DNA of 63,787 nt, counting the filler, from Corallochytrium limacisporum Hawaii (Eukaryota > Protista > Pluriformea), in NCBI GenBank assembly GCA_002811645.1. It is 4 parts of 4 records of this genome, joined end to end, with 100 filler letters (N's around TTAATTAATTAA, not from the genome) between each part and the next. Parts side by side here need not be neighbours in the genome. Positions count along the whole stretch, not along the records: positions 62,678 to 63,787 come from PDIP01000233.1; 3 more parts are not named here. One strand, given 5' to 3'. Positions 62,678 through 63,787 of the stretch are shown here, piece after piece. How positions within the stretch are numbered: position 1 is the first letter of the stretch; each line of letters opens with the position of its first letter. The notes under the pieces were generated by a model, which had not been told where the DNA came from, searched no databases, and saw only the letters and a program-made list of their open reading frames with translations. The position numbers and the translations under genes were made by a program.

Positions 62678-63739
62678 CTCGTCCTCTTCCCCCCCCTCCC
62701 CCAGCCAAAGGGAAAGAAAAGAAAAGAAAAGAAAAAGCAAAAAAAGAAAAAAAAGATAAAAGTGAAAAAAGGGGATAGAAAGAAAAAGGGAACACCCACT
62801 CTTTCTCTCGCTCTCTCTCTCTCATCCCTCCTCCCTTTTTTTTGCGCATTGCGCAGTCATTTGTTTAGTCGCTACTGTGCACAAAATCAAGAAAGAAGCA
62901 AGCCAAAACCCGCCCTGGCGTTTCTTCTTCTCCCTGTCCCCCCACCCCAACCCACAGGTCTCGCCCTCTCTCTCTCTCCTTTTTTTTTCTTTTTTATTGG
63001 GTTTAATTCTCCCTGCTCGTGTTTACTGCCTTCTCTTTTCTTTCATCTTTGGGCACAGGTGTCCCACTACCCTTCGGAGTAAACTACTCTGCCGGTTCGG
63101 TTTCATTTTTTTTTCTTCTCAAACTCTCTCCACCGTCGTTTTTCGTTCCACGACGGTTCTTTGGTACGTACTGTTTTCCGGTGTTTTGCAGTGGGTCCCT
63201 GTGTGGTGTGGCAAGCAAAGCCTCTTCAGGCAGAAAGGGGTTTTTCTTTTTGGTTTTCTTTAATTCTATCCCCGCCCGCCCCCCGGGGGGGGGGGGGAGC
63301 TGCTTCTCTCTCCTTTGGCCTTCCACGCTGGTCCCCGGGGTCTCTCTTTCTCTCAGTGAATCGCAAGACTCGGCCCTCTCCCCCCTTCCCCGGGGGGGCG
63401 GCGGGCCAGGGAATCCGAACGCGCACAGAATGATGACATCCACCGAGCCAAGCCAAGTGCACAAAGAAAGCGTCAAGCGCCGGTCTCCTCCTCCTCCCTC
63501 CCCCTCCCCACCAAACCACCAAGCCCAGGTCCGGGCCGGGCGGGTTTTGCGTAAAGTGACAACTACGACAAAATCTTTCCAATACCCAAAAAAAAAGAGA
63601 GAGAGAGAGCGAGAGAGTGACTCAGAACGTAAACTAAGAAAAAAAATAGGAAACCCGCCGCCTCCAAACCAACGGCCAAACAACGAAGAAAGGAAATACA
63701 AAAAGCAGGAGGACAAAATTGGCAGACGGGGGGGACAAA

Positions 63740-63787
63740 ACAGAGACAGAGACAGAGACAGAGACAGAGACAGAGACAGAGACAGAG
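63740..63787. repeat. (GACAGA)n hexamer microsatellite
   Basis: About 8 copies running to the window end. Confidence 0.95.

Noticed and set aside
63740-63787. (GACAGA)n as a telomere
   Set aside because: Lacks the G-run pattern of known telomeric repeats; an ordinary microsatellite at a cut window end.

Overview
Eukaryotic nuclear DNA from a very compact, almost intron-free genome. Gene content (POMGnT1, FANCJ, gp91-type NOX, DPP3, stand-alone glutamate 5-kinase, RMT2) suggests a unicellular opisthokont, possibly a holozoan such as Corallochytrium; this is inference, not a database result. The window is four contigs joined by artificial 100-nt linkers (44 N + TTAATTAATTAA + 44 N), plus one sized N gap. 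Bases 1-45499 hold 23 mostly housekeeping genes in almost strictly alternating orientation, with C-tract/G-tract elements in the upstream intergenic regions, one clear spliceosomal intron (DTD1) and a terminal 28S rRNA fragment. Bases 45600-62577 are a different, accessory island of small secreted proteins. It holds six divergent paralogues of a 4-cysteine secreted family I do not recognise, two genes for tandem-duplicated precursors carrying knottin (C-C-CC-C-C) modules followed by RR sites, and a probable surface-protein pseudogene. All eight intact island genes carry a GTATTTA(A/T) box at a family-fixed distance from the ATG. This island is the best candidate for an undescribed system (a secreted effector, toxin or cell-surface cluster). 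The last contig (62678-63787) is low-complexity sequence with no credible gene.
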